Assembly: GCA_036339465.1 (NCBI GenBank)
Contig: JAYZAY010000064.1
Coordinates: forward strand, 21,664 to 85,663
From: Myxococcota bacterium
Lineage (GTDB): Bacteria; Myxococcota; XYA12-FULL-58-9; JABJBS01
DNA length: 64,000 nt
Direction: 5' to 3'
The notes under the pieces were generated by a model. The model was not told the DNA's origin. It searched no databases and was given only the letters and a program-made list of their open reading frames with translations. A program made the translations under genes and the position numbers. Of the stretch, positions 56,823 to 64,000 are shown in pieces (positions within the stretch are counted from its first letter, which is position 1; each line of letters begins with the position of its first letter).

Positions 56823-58573
56823 GATGCCAAGCTCGCCGTTAGTTCTTGCTTCCTCAGCATCGACGCATAAAGACCGTCGATTCGGAGCAATTCCACATGC
56901 GTGCCTCGCTCAATCACCTTGCCCTCATTCAAAACGAGAATTTCATCCGCGCCACTGACCGCCGATATCCTGTGGGTCGCAATGATGGTGGTTTTCCCTT
57001 TACGTATATCCCTTAGATTTCTCAAAATCCGCTCTTCCGTCTCACTGTCGACGGCCGAAAGAGAATCATCAAGGATCAACACCGGCGGATCGAGCAACAT
57101 CGCTCTCGCCATCGAAAGCCTCTGTTTCTGCCCCCCTGATAAGCTGATTCCTCGCTCCCCAACCGGGGTAAGTAATCCTTCCGGAAGCGTCCCGTCATCG
57201 TAGTCAAAAGCGGCCATTTTGAGTGCTTCCTCTATTTTATCCTGCGGCACACTCGGACGACCAAAGGCCACATTCTCCAGTAGAGATTTCGAGAAAAGGA
57301 TATTTTCCTGTGGAACATAGCCAAATTGCGCCCGCAAACTGCGCGTCTCACATCGCACAACATCATGGCCACCGTAAAAAATCATATTCTCTTTGATGGG
57401 TACAAATCGCATCAGCGCCTTGAGAAAAGTAGACTTTCCACTACCGATGGTACCAACAATGCCAAGGGTCTGCCCTTCTCTTAATTCAACCGAAAGCCCA
57501 TTCAAAACCTCCACACCACCGAGTTCCACCGTGAGTTCGCGAATGGAAATCGACGGCTCGACTTGCTCCAAAAAATCACCCACCGAAGAAATTTCAGGCT
57601 GTCTATCAAAAATCGCATTCAATCGATTCATGGCCGCATGGCCTCTCTGCCACATGGAAAGGACCCAGCCTAAAGCAAAAGTAGGCCACGTCAGAAGTGC
57701 CATATACTCGATAATAGCCACCACATCCCCCAAACGCAGCTGCCCATTTACAACCTCTTGGGCACCAACATAAACCGCAATCAAGGTTGTAAGGGCCGAC
57801 AAACTCATCACAATGCGGAACATCCCACTTCTTAACCAAGCCAAGTGAACACCCGCCTCATACGAAGCCTGATTAAATGTTTTAAACCGTTCGGCTTTAG
57901 ATTCATCTAAGGCAAAAGCACGGATAACGTGAGCCCCTGCCAAACTTTCCTGCACAAACGCACTTAAATCACCCATTTTCGCCTGCTGTTCCCGGTTCCT
58001 TAAATAGAGTAATTTCGCAAGATATCTCATCAACAAAAGAGCGGGTAGATAGGTCGTAAGAATGGCCAAAGTCAATTTCGAAGATATCACCCACATCAGA
58101 GGAATCGCCACAGCATAGGCGAGCGTGGTATTGACAATATTCAATATTCCGGGCCCCAAAAGCAAACGGAGCTGTCCCAGATCATTGGTCGCTCGACTCA
58201 TCAAATCACCAATGGAGTGCTCTTGGAAAAACTGTGGGTCCATCGTCGCAATATGCTTGAAGTAATCTGAGCGCAATCGCATTTCCACTTCACGGGCCGC
58301 AAAGAAAATATGAACCCGACTGAGCGCCCGAAAACAACAACTCCCCAAAGCGGTTAGAGCCAATAGACCTGCGATTTCTCTCAACACGATGTATGAATCA
58401 CCCGACTCAATAGCATCGATGGCCCAACGGGTAAGTTGTGGAATCAATTGCGCACACAGATTGGTGCACAAGAGCATTAGGATACCCCAAGTCGTTTGCC
58501 GTTTATGAAGGCGGGCATAGTGCCAAAGGCGTTCCATGACTCCTTTAGTCAGCCTTGAAGGCTTTCGTGTCAA
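56819..58573 (-). CDS. ABC exporter, fused permease/ATPase (MdlA-like)
   Basis: GDLMSRATND, GTIGSGKS, LSGGQKQR, ILDDSLSAVD, THR; 4-bp overlap with its partner. Confidence 0.93.
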   Translation of the reverse strand: MTRKPSRLTKGVMERLWHYARLHKRQTTWGILMLLCTNLCAQLIPQLTRWAIDAIESGDSYIVLREIAGLLALTALGSCCFRALSRVHIFFAAREVEMRLRSDYFKHIATMDPQFFQEHSIGDLMSRATNDLGQLRLLLGPGILNIVNTTLAYAVAIPLMWVISSKLTLAILTTYLPALLLMRYLAKLLYLRNREQQAKMGDLSAFVQESLAGAHVIRAFALDESKAERFKTFNQASYEAGVHLAWLRSGMFRIVMSLSALTTLIAVYVGAQEVVNGQLRLGDVVAIIEYMALLTWPTFALGWVLSMWQRGHAAMNRLNAIFDRQPEISSVGDFLEQVEPSISIRELTVELGGVEVLNGLSVELREGQTLGIVGTIGSGKSTFLKALMRFVPIKENMIFYGGHDVVRCETRSLRAQFGYVPQENILFSKSLLENVAFGRPSVPQDKIEEALKMAAFDYDDGTLPEGLLTPVGERGISLSGGQKQRLSMARAMLLDPPVLILDDSLSAVDSETEERILRNLRDIRKGKTTIIATHRISAVSGADEILVLNEGKVIERGTHVELLRIDGLYASMLRKQELTASLAS

Positions 58574-58796
58574 GGAAACCTTTTAGGAATCGAAACCTCG
58601 ATCATACTTAACCGCTGAAAAAAACCCAAGAAATCTGAGACACATGTATCATCGGCGCAAAATGAGTCAATTTCCGGATCCAATCGTTTCGTTAGGGCAC
58701 ATCCCCGACGCAGACAGAAACATTCACCGACTGGACAAAGAAGGTCTCTAGGAGCCGCACAAAGTAAGCGAGGCCAATCGATATTGCGCAGAGCCC

Positions 58797-60083
58797 CTAG
58801 TGGATAGGGCGCCCTGAATGAAGGCTTTCATTCCCGCGTTCAGCATTCGGTTGGTGGATATATCTTTGGGATTGATTCACCACTGAATTCAGCCCATCGG
58901 TTATATAGCGGGTCACAAAAAGAGAAGATTCCGTTTCAGGATACCGAGTATCCACCATGCGAAGCGTCCCACGCTCTCCCAAACGACTTGCCAATTGAAT
59001 AGACGAATCAGGATCGATAAACGGATCACGGGCTCCATGAATAAGGTAAGTTTGCCCCTCATAAATCGGGGCAGTTTCTTCAAGGAGAGCCCTGATACGA
59101 TTTAGGTCAGGTCTCACTTTTTCTATTGCCGCCAGCAATCCTTTGGCGGCCCTAGGAGTATCCATACGAATGCTAACTTCCTCGTGATAGGTAAGCGTCA
59201 TTCTACTTAAAACCGGCAATCGTCCCATCAAACGGCGAGCTTGGTTCCGAATACTTTTGGTCGACTTAAAGTAGGGAGTCAGAACCACAGAGCTTAGATT
59301 GGTGGGCATATTGCGACCATCCAGTTTTAATTGCCCTGCACTATTTAGAAAATTCGCCCCAAGAACCCCCGCGCTGGCCCCTAGGCCCTGACCAACCAAG
59401 ATTGTATTTGCTCCTCCTGGTTGAGGACCGTATTCACGGTCTTGGATCGTACTAACGTAGGCCACCATCGATGCAACATCACGGGCAATGCTATATCCAG
59501 AGTCTAAGGTTCCTTCCACCCCCTCGCTCAATCCTGCCCACTGATGATCCATGGTAAAGACATCATAACCTTCACCGTTCATCACATTCACAAGATCGTA
59601 ATAATCTCGCCCTGTAAGTCCGTAGCGTGGAGAAACAACAATCACGCGCCCGTTGGGGGAACCCAGTGGTTTAAAACGCTGCCAAAAGAGTTCACGAGGT
59701 TCTATCCGGCGCCCATCCACCACCCCGCTGGCCGTGCAAAAGCCCTCCGTTACTTCATCTGGAGTTCTTTCATACCGACTCATGGCAATGGCTTTGTGCA
59801 TCGCAAATAATTCACCGCATTTAAGTCTCTGCAAATCCAACGAGGTGACAGGCATGCCCCATGTGGTTTCACATTGAGTCCGAAAAGCCAAAAGACTACC
59901 GACATCATTGACAACATTGTCTTGGGTTCGCGACAGTTTCGCTAGCCTCTCGTCCAATGAGGTCCCAGCGTCATCACCACTGCGAATAGTGCGCAGCTCG
60001 TCTCGCAAGGAATTGATACTAGAATTCGCTCCCCACCGCGTTGGAATAATTCCCCGGCTCAATTTACCTAACTTCCGAATCAC
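58797..60083 (-). CDS. Alpha/beta-hydrolase-fold (lysophospholipase-like) protein, probably non-catalytic
   Basis: LFWQRF, GYDVFTMDHQWAGLSEG, LIHGARDPFI; the nucleophile elbow reads GQGLG. Confidence 0.75.
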   Translation of the reverse strand: MIRKLGKLSRGIIPTRWGANSSINSLRDELRTIRSGDDAGTSLDERLAKLSRTQDNVVNDVGSLLAFRTQCETTWGMPVTSLDLQRLKCGELFAMHKAIAMSRYERTPDEVTEGFCTASGVVDGRRIEPRELFWQRFKPLGSPNGRVIVVSPRYGLTGRDYYDLVNVMNGEGYDVFTMDHQWAGLSEGVEGTLDSGYSIARDVASMVAYVSTIQDREYGPQPGGANTILVGQGLGASAGVLGANFLNSAGQLKLDGRNMPTNLSSVVLTPYFKSTKSIRNQARRLMGRLPVLSRMTLTYHEEVSIRMDTPRAAKGLLAAIEKVRPDLNRIRALLEETAPIYEGQTYLIHGARDPFIDPDSSIQLASRLGERGTLRMVDTRYPETESSLFVTRYITDGLNSVVNQSQRYIHQPNAERGNESLHSGRPIH

Positions 60084-60095
60084 CCGTTCATCTCC

Positions 60096-60836
60096 TTACG
60101 ATTCTACGCGGCCCTCTGTCACGATGGTGCCCCGTTGAAAAAGCCTCAAAGTTGTTTTCGCACGTAAATAAAACCCCAAAGGTAATGACAATTCAAGCCC
60201 TTCGCTACCAGGAGAGAGTGTTCTGACCTTGGAATCAGCAGCTTTCGGTCTGACCTGAATAACATCACCTTTTTTCGCATTGAGAATCGCCCCCCGTCCC
60301 GCCCCAATAAACCCGATCAGATCTTCCCAATCTGCGCGCAGTAGCGCGTGTTCGGCGGCATTTGGCTCCCACAGCATCACTTTCCGAATGATTCGGGCCC
60401 CCAGACCTGCCTCCACTTTCACTGAATCAATACCGATAAACAGCACCCTCGATAAACGGGTCCTCAAGCGAGAGGTCTCCCAGGACACTCGATCAGCATA
60501 TTCCATGTCGATGGAGCAACAAAAAGTAGACTCCACCGGTTTACCTGCTTCGGAAAGAGGAATCGTTTTCAGCTCGACACCTAAATCGGGAAAATCAGGT
60601 CGATCCAGAGCCTGGGGATCTGCACCCAACGCCAACTCCAAAAGCTGACCCACAAAGCCTTTGGAACGGGTAAGATCCTCGGGAATAGAAGTATTTAGCT
60701 CACGGGCCACTTCCGCTACCGAATGTCCGCACAAAGCGTTTGAGCGCAGCATCAATTCCTGGACGCTAAGCGGTTTACTGAGACGATTGCCCTGAAGGCA
60801 ATTCAAGGCTACATGGAGATCTGTGTTCATCAACAT
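60096..60836 (-). CDS. mutH: MutH/Sau3AI family endonuclease, single-domain MutH type
   Basis: KGFVGQLLE..LGA, PDFPDLGVELKTIP, ESTF, L..DWEDL, QVRPKAADS, GFYLR. Confidence 0.88.
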   Translation of the reverse strand: MLMNTDLHVALNCLQGNRLSKPLSVQELMLRSNALCGHSVAEVARELNTSIPEDLTRSKGFVGQLLELALGADPQALDRPDFPDLGVELKTIPLSEAGKPVESTFCCSIDMEYADRVSWETSRLRTRLSRVLFIGIDSVKVEAGLGARIIRKVMLWEPNAAEHALLRADWEDLIGFIGAGRGAILNAKKGDVIQVRPKAADSKVRTLSPGSEGLELSLPLGFYLRAKTTLRLFQRGTIVTEGRVES

Positions 60837-60867
60837 TGAGATTTATCCTTAACAAATCGAAGGAATC

Positions 60868-61443
60868 ATGTCCCTATTAAAAATAGCACAAATCGGGCAC
60901 CCGATACTCAGAACCAAGGCTCAGCCACTCACCTTGGAAGAGTTAGCAAGCCCAGAGATTCAACTATTTATCGACAATTTAGTCGAAACAATGAGAGACG
61001 CAAGGGGAGCAGGATTAGCGGCCAATCAGGTCCATAAGCCAATTCAGATTTGCGCCATCGAGGTCCAGGACAATCCGCGGTACCCTTACAAACCCAATAT
61101 ACCCCTGACAATCCTGGTAAACCCCACCATAAAGGTACTCAACCAAGATACCTTCCAGAATTTCGAAGGATGTCTCAGCGTTTCCAATCTCAGAGGCATC
61201 GTCGAAAGATATCTCGGCATCGAAATACAGTTTTGGAACCGTAAGGGTCGCCAAGAAACTCTCGAAGTACGAGGTCTCACAGCGGGCACCTATCAACACG
61301 AAGTGGACCATCTTGAAGGCCGGATTTTCCTAGATAGAGTTTCAGATTCCACCAGTCTCTGTACGTGGCAACATTTTGAGACTTACCACCGAGAAAACTT
61401 CGAAAAACAGGCGCGTTCACTGGTGGAAAAATATGGCAGCTGA
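60868..61443 (+). CDS. def: Peptide deformylase, second paralogue
   Basis: GAGLAANQ, EGCLS, QHEVDHL. Confidence 0.95.
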   Translation: MSLLKIAQIGHPILRTKAQPLTLEELASPEIQLFIDNLVETMRDARGAGLAANQVHKPIQICAIEVQDNPRYPYKPNIPLTILVNPTIKVLNQDTFQNFEGCLSVSNLRGIVERYLGIEIQFWNRKGRQETLEVRGLTAGTYQHEVDHLEGRIFLDRVSDSTSLCTWQHFETYHRENFEKQARSLVEKYGS

Positions 61444-62698
61444 TTGCTTCACTCCTTTGACACCCTATGAGGAAGCGCGCGAGCAAATTCTTCAATTGGT
61501 CAATCCCCTCCCCGCAGAAGTCGTTGATCTCGATGTCTCTGGAGGCAGGGTTTCCCACAACAACATTTGTGCCACCAACGACGCACCACCTTTTTCGCAA
61601 TCCACCATGGATGGTTATGCGATCAGCACAGAAACCTACCGACAAACAAACCTTGACCCAGAGCAAGTGATATTTTCAATTACTTGTGAAGTTGCCGCTG
61701 GCCAAGTCCCCCCAAACCGGCCCATCCAAATTGGTCAAGCGGCCCGTATATTCACCGGGGCAGCCATCCCACCCGGTGCCAATGCGGTCGTCATGCAGGA
61801 AGACACGACCCGAAATGGGGACAAGGTCACCCTTCATCGAAGTGTCGAACCCTTTGAGAATATCCGGCGGCAAGGTTCAGATTTCGAGAAATCACACACG
61901 ATCATCAGCGCAGGCAACCCAATCTATCCCGGGGAACTTTCCCTCCTCGCAACACAGAGATTAACGGAGATTGCCGTACATAAAAAACCGGTGGTAGCCA
62001 TCATTCCCACGGGGGACGAGCTGAGCCCCCCCGGCATCCAAGACAATTCCCCGTATAAGATTGCAGATTCCAATAGCCAATTACTTCGAGAACTCGTTAC
62101 CCTATCCGGAGGAATTCCAAGTTTATTTCGACCCATTCCCGATGACCCAGAATTGACAGAGAAAACCCTAAGAGATGCCAGCCAAAATGCCGACCTTATT
62201 CTAACCACCGGTGGCGCATCGGTTGGGGACAGAGACTATATTCGAGAGATTTTCCATCGGAATGGAGAAGTACTCTTGTGGAAAGTCGCCGTTAAACCTG
62301 GTAAGCCTTTGCTCGCAGGTACGTTCTCTGAATGCCCCATGATTGCCCTACCTGGCAATCCCGCCAGTGCCTTTGTGGGCTTTCACCTATTCGCTGCGCC
62401 GACGATTCGCAAACTCTCCGGGCATCACCGCGTATTTCCATTGAAACTCCAGGTAACACTCGCCCAAGATGTAAAACCCTTGTCCATCCGTACCCACTTC
62501 ATCCGGGGCAATATTCGTCATGAGGAAGGCATGCTTTTGGCATTCCCAAAATCAAGTCAGAACTCCGGACATTTATTGTCATTGGTCGACATAAACGCAC
62601 TGATAGAAATCCCACCGGGCCCCGCGATACTCCCAAAAGGCTCAAAGGTTGCGGCACAGCTGGTATCTCAGGCCGCTTTCTGGCAGTTTAAAGTCTAA
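61433..62698 (+). CDS. moeA: Molybdopterin molybdenumtransferase
   Basis: PPF..STMDGYA, RIFTGA.IP.GA.AVVMQE, TGDEL, GGASVGDRD, KPGKP, LPGNP. Confidence 0.96.
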   Translation: MAADCFTPLTPYEEAREQILQLVNPLPAEVVDLDVSGGRVSHNNICATNDAPPFSQSTMDGYAISTETYRQTNLDPEQVIFSITCEVAAGQVPPNRPIQIGQAARIFTGAAIPPGANAVVMQEDTTRNGDKVTLHRSVEPFENIRRQGSDFEKSHTIISAGNPIYPGELSLLATQRLTEIAVHKKPVVAIIPTGDELSPPGIQDNSPYKIADSNSQLLRELVTLSGGIPSLFRPIPDDPELTEKTLRDASQNADLILTTGGASVGDRDYIREIFHRNGEVLLWKVAVKPGKPLLAGTFSECPMIALPGNPASAFVGFHLFAAPTIRKLSGHHRVFPLKLQVTLAQDVKPLSIRTHFIRGNIRHEEGMLLAFPKSSQNSGHLLSLVDINALIEIPPGPAILPKGSKVAAQLVSQAAFWQFKV

Positions 62699-62855
62699 AA
62701 AAGAACATTCCACAGGCCAAATGAACGCGGGGCGCACTGCACTGCCATGCATATAAGGCATGGATTTTATTGTTCTTTTCTCTGCTTATCTCGCTTAAGC
62801 ACTAAACGACCTAGAATTATTTAGTTTTTTGGCATCCATTCCCACAAAAAAAACC

Positions 62856-62885
62856 TTGACCCGGAGATCATGCCCGCCTAAAAAT
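62856..62885 (+). promoter_or_regulatory. Possible sigma70 promoter of the HU gene
   Basis: TTGACC-17 nt-TAAAAA(T), preceded by an A-tract (UP-like). Confidence 0.35.
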
Positions 62886-62956
62886 TCTGTCTTGTAGGGT
62901 ATTTAGAGCTCGGTACAAACTCTTGGGCGAGGGGGCCCTCCAAAAACCAAAGGGAG

Positions 62957-63238
62957 ATGACGATGACTAAAGCAGAACTGATTGAAAAACTACAAAAGAA
63001 AGCCGGTGACTCAGTAACCAAAAAGGCACTCGGTGAAGTTGTGGACAATGTATTCGAGAATATCTCGGTAGCAATTAAGAAAGAGAAGCGCTTCTCATAT
63101 CCTGGGTTCGGTACATTCGTGGTTCGTACTCGCAAGGCACGTAAAGGTCGTAATCCCCAGACAGGTGAAATCATTAAAATCAAAGCCTCAAAAAGCGTTG
63201 GTTTTCGCCCCGCTAAGGCGCTTAAAGACCGTCTCTAG
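62957..63238 (+). CDS. hup: DNA-binding protein HU
   Basis: MTKAELI, GFGTF, RKARKGRNPQTGE, FRPAKALKD. Confidence 0.95.
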   Translation: MTMTKAELIEKLQKKAGDSVTKKALGEVVDNVFENISVAIKKEKRFSYPGFGTFVVRTRKARKGRNPQTGEIIKIKASKSVGFRPAKALKDRL

Positions 63239-63261
63239 TCCGAGAGAGATAGCCGCTGATG

Positions 63262-63296
63262 AAGCCGAGGTATTCTCACCGAATACTTCGGCTTTT
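63262..63296 (+). terminator. Rho-independent terminator after HU, possibly bidirectional
   Basis: aagccgaggtattc / gaatacttcggctt stem plus T tract, between convergent genes. Confidence 0.85.
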
Positions 63297-63326
63297 GTCA
63301 TTTGTAGGTGGCAATGCCGTTCATTA

Positions 63327-63396
63327 GAATGCAACAATCTGAATGCAACAATCTGAATGCAACAATCTGAATGCAACAATCAGAATGCAACAATCA
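63327..63396. repeat. 14-bp tandem repeat gaatgcaacaatc(t/a) x5 spanning the stop of the minus-strand gene
   Basis: Read directly from the sequence. Confidence 0.95.
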
Positions 63397-64000
63397 GCTT
63401 GTGGGGATCTTCATGGGAATTATAATCCTCAACCAAAACTTTTAGGAGTTTCGGGGCCACTTTTCCCACCGCAGGAACAACCCGAACATTAAGCAAGCCC
63501 AAGGGCACCTTACGTAAGAGAACAGGAGCAGGGCCGATTTTCTCACCGTTGAAAAAGACGGTAGCCCTTTGAAGCCCTGTAACCCTCAAGGAAATATAAC
63601 CAAACTCCACCACTTCCGACTCAGAAGCCTTTGGGAGACTAACCGTAGCCTCACGTACTTTACCACTATTTTGCCGCGGTACTTTTTCTGCGGCCGTGGA
63701 TTTCTTAGATGGACTCAATTGTCCACTGCCGACCACCGGCGCTTCAGCTTTCTTCTGAGTTCGACTTGGTTTGGGCCTGTTTTTGGGGGGTATTTCATCA
63801 CTGGCTACTGGGACCACCTGATTGGGCCGCAGCTCATCGCTCTGGACATCAATTTTGGGCTTGTCTTTGGAGATACCCTTGGGCTTGTCTTTGGAGATAC
63901 CCTTGGGCTTGTCTTTGGAGATACCCTTGGGCTTGTCTTTGGAGATACCCTTGGGCTTGTCTTTGGAGATACCCTTGGGCTTGTCTTTGGAGGCATCCTT
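63380..64000 (-). CDS. C-terminal part of a protein with a Lys/Pro-rich repeat linker and a PEGA-like terminal domain; 5'-truncated
   Basis: Frame open from 64000 to 63380 (KDASKDKPKGIS...); GYISLRV...ATVFFNGEKIGPAP...VPLGLLNVRV is PEGA-like. Confidence 0.7.
   Translation of the reverse strand, partial: KDASKDKPKGISKDKPKGISKDKPKGISKDKPKGISKDKPKGISKDKPKIDVQSDELRPNQVVPVASDEIPPKNRPKPSRTQKKAEAPVVGSGQLSPSKKSTAAEKVPRQNSGKVREATVSLPKASESEVVEFGYISLRVTGLQRATVFFNGEKIGPAPVLLRKVPLGLLNVRVVPAVGKVAPKLLKVLVEDYNSHEDPHKLIVAF
63855..63998. repeat. 24-bp coding tandem repeat (5 perfect plus 1 variant) encoding SKDKPKGI
   Basis: ttgggcttgtctttggagataccc units. Confidence 0.95.

Noticed and set aside
62745..62780. 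Terminator after moeA (ccatgc/gcatgg)
   Set aside because: Only a 6-bp stem with an interrupted T tract; too weak to call
63805..63996. (PKTSPRVS)n ORF and an apparent frameshift against ORF 63380-63817
   Set aside because: The frame of 63380-63817 is itself open to the window edge, so no frameshift is needed
63327..63998. CRISPR array suggested by the 14-bp and 24-bp repeats
   Set aside because: Units are directly adjacent with no unique spacers, no cas genes are present, and the 24-mer is in-frame coding

Overview
Bacterial chromosomal window of roughly mid-range GC (estimated by eye). Gene content (DUF507, DUF4388-DnaJ, secretin-less type III secretion cluster) suggests a Myxococcota or related deltaproteobacterial lineage; this is an inference. 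Housekeeping genes include a partial fadL-like gene, sucA-sucB-lpdA, priA, def-fmt, secA, dapD, a thiamine operon, ftsK-lolA, an MdlAB-like ABC pair, mutH, a second def, moeA and HU. The main feature is a ~15-kb non-flagellar type III secretion locus (14548-29668) directly after fmt, with no mobile-element traces. SctI, J, L, N, O, P, Q, R, S, T and U are recognisable. It also keeps flagellar relics: a sigma-28, a FliO-like gene, and a three-domain FliG-like protein whose torque charges appear lost. I propose that three 'hypothetical' ORFs form a YscE-YscF-YscG-like needle and chaperone triad and that two more form an SctX/SctY-like pair. No sctV, sctD, sctC or translocon genes lie in the window. 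Other oddities are an H1-like (PAAKK)n-Fis HTH fusion, three apparent pseudoenzymes, a decayed methyltransferase, a thiE lacking a canonical start codon, stop-codon-spanning tandem repeats, a 2.2-kb ORF-free gap and a structured leader behind tandem sigma54/sigma70 promoters. I recognised no rRNA, tRNA, CRISPR or IS elements. All family calls are by-eye motif recognition, not database searches.
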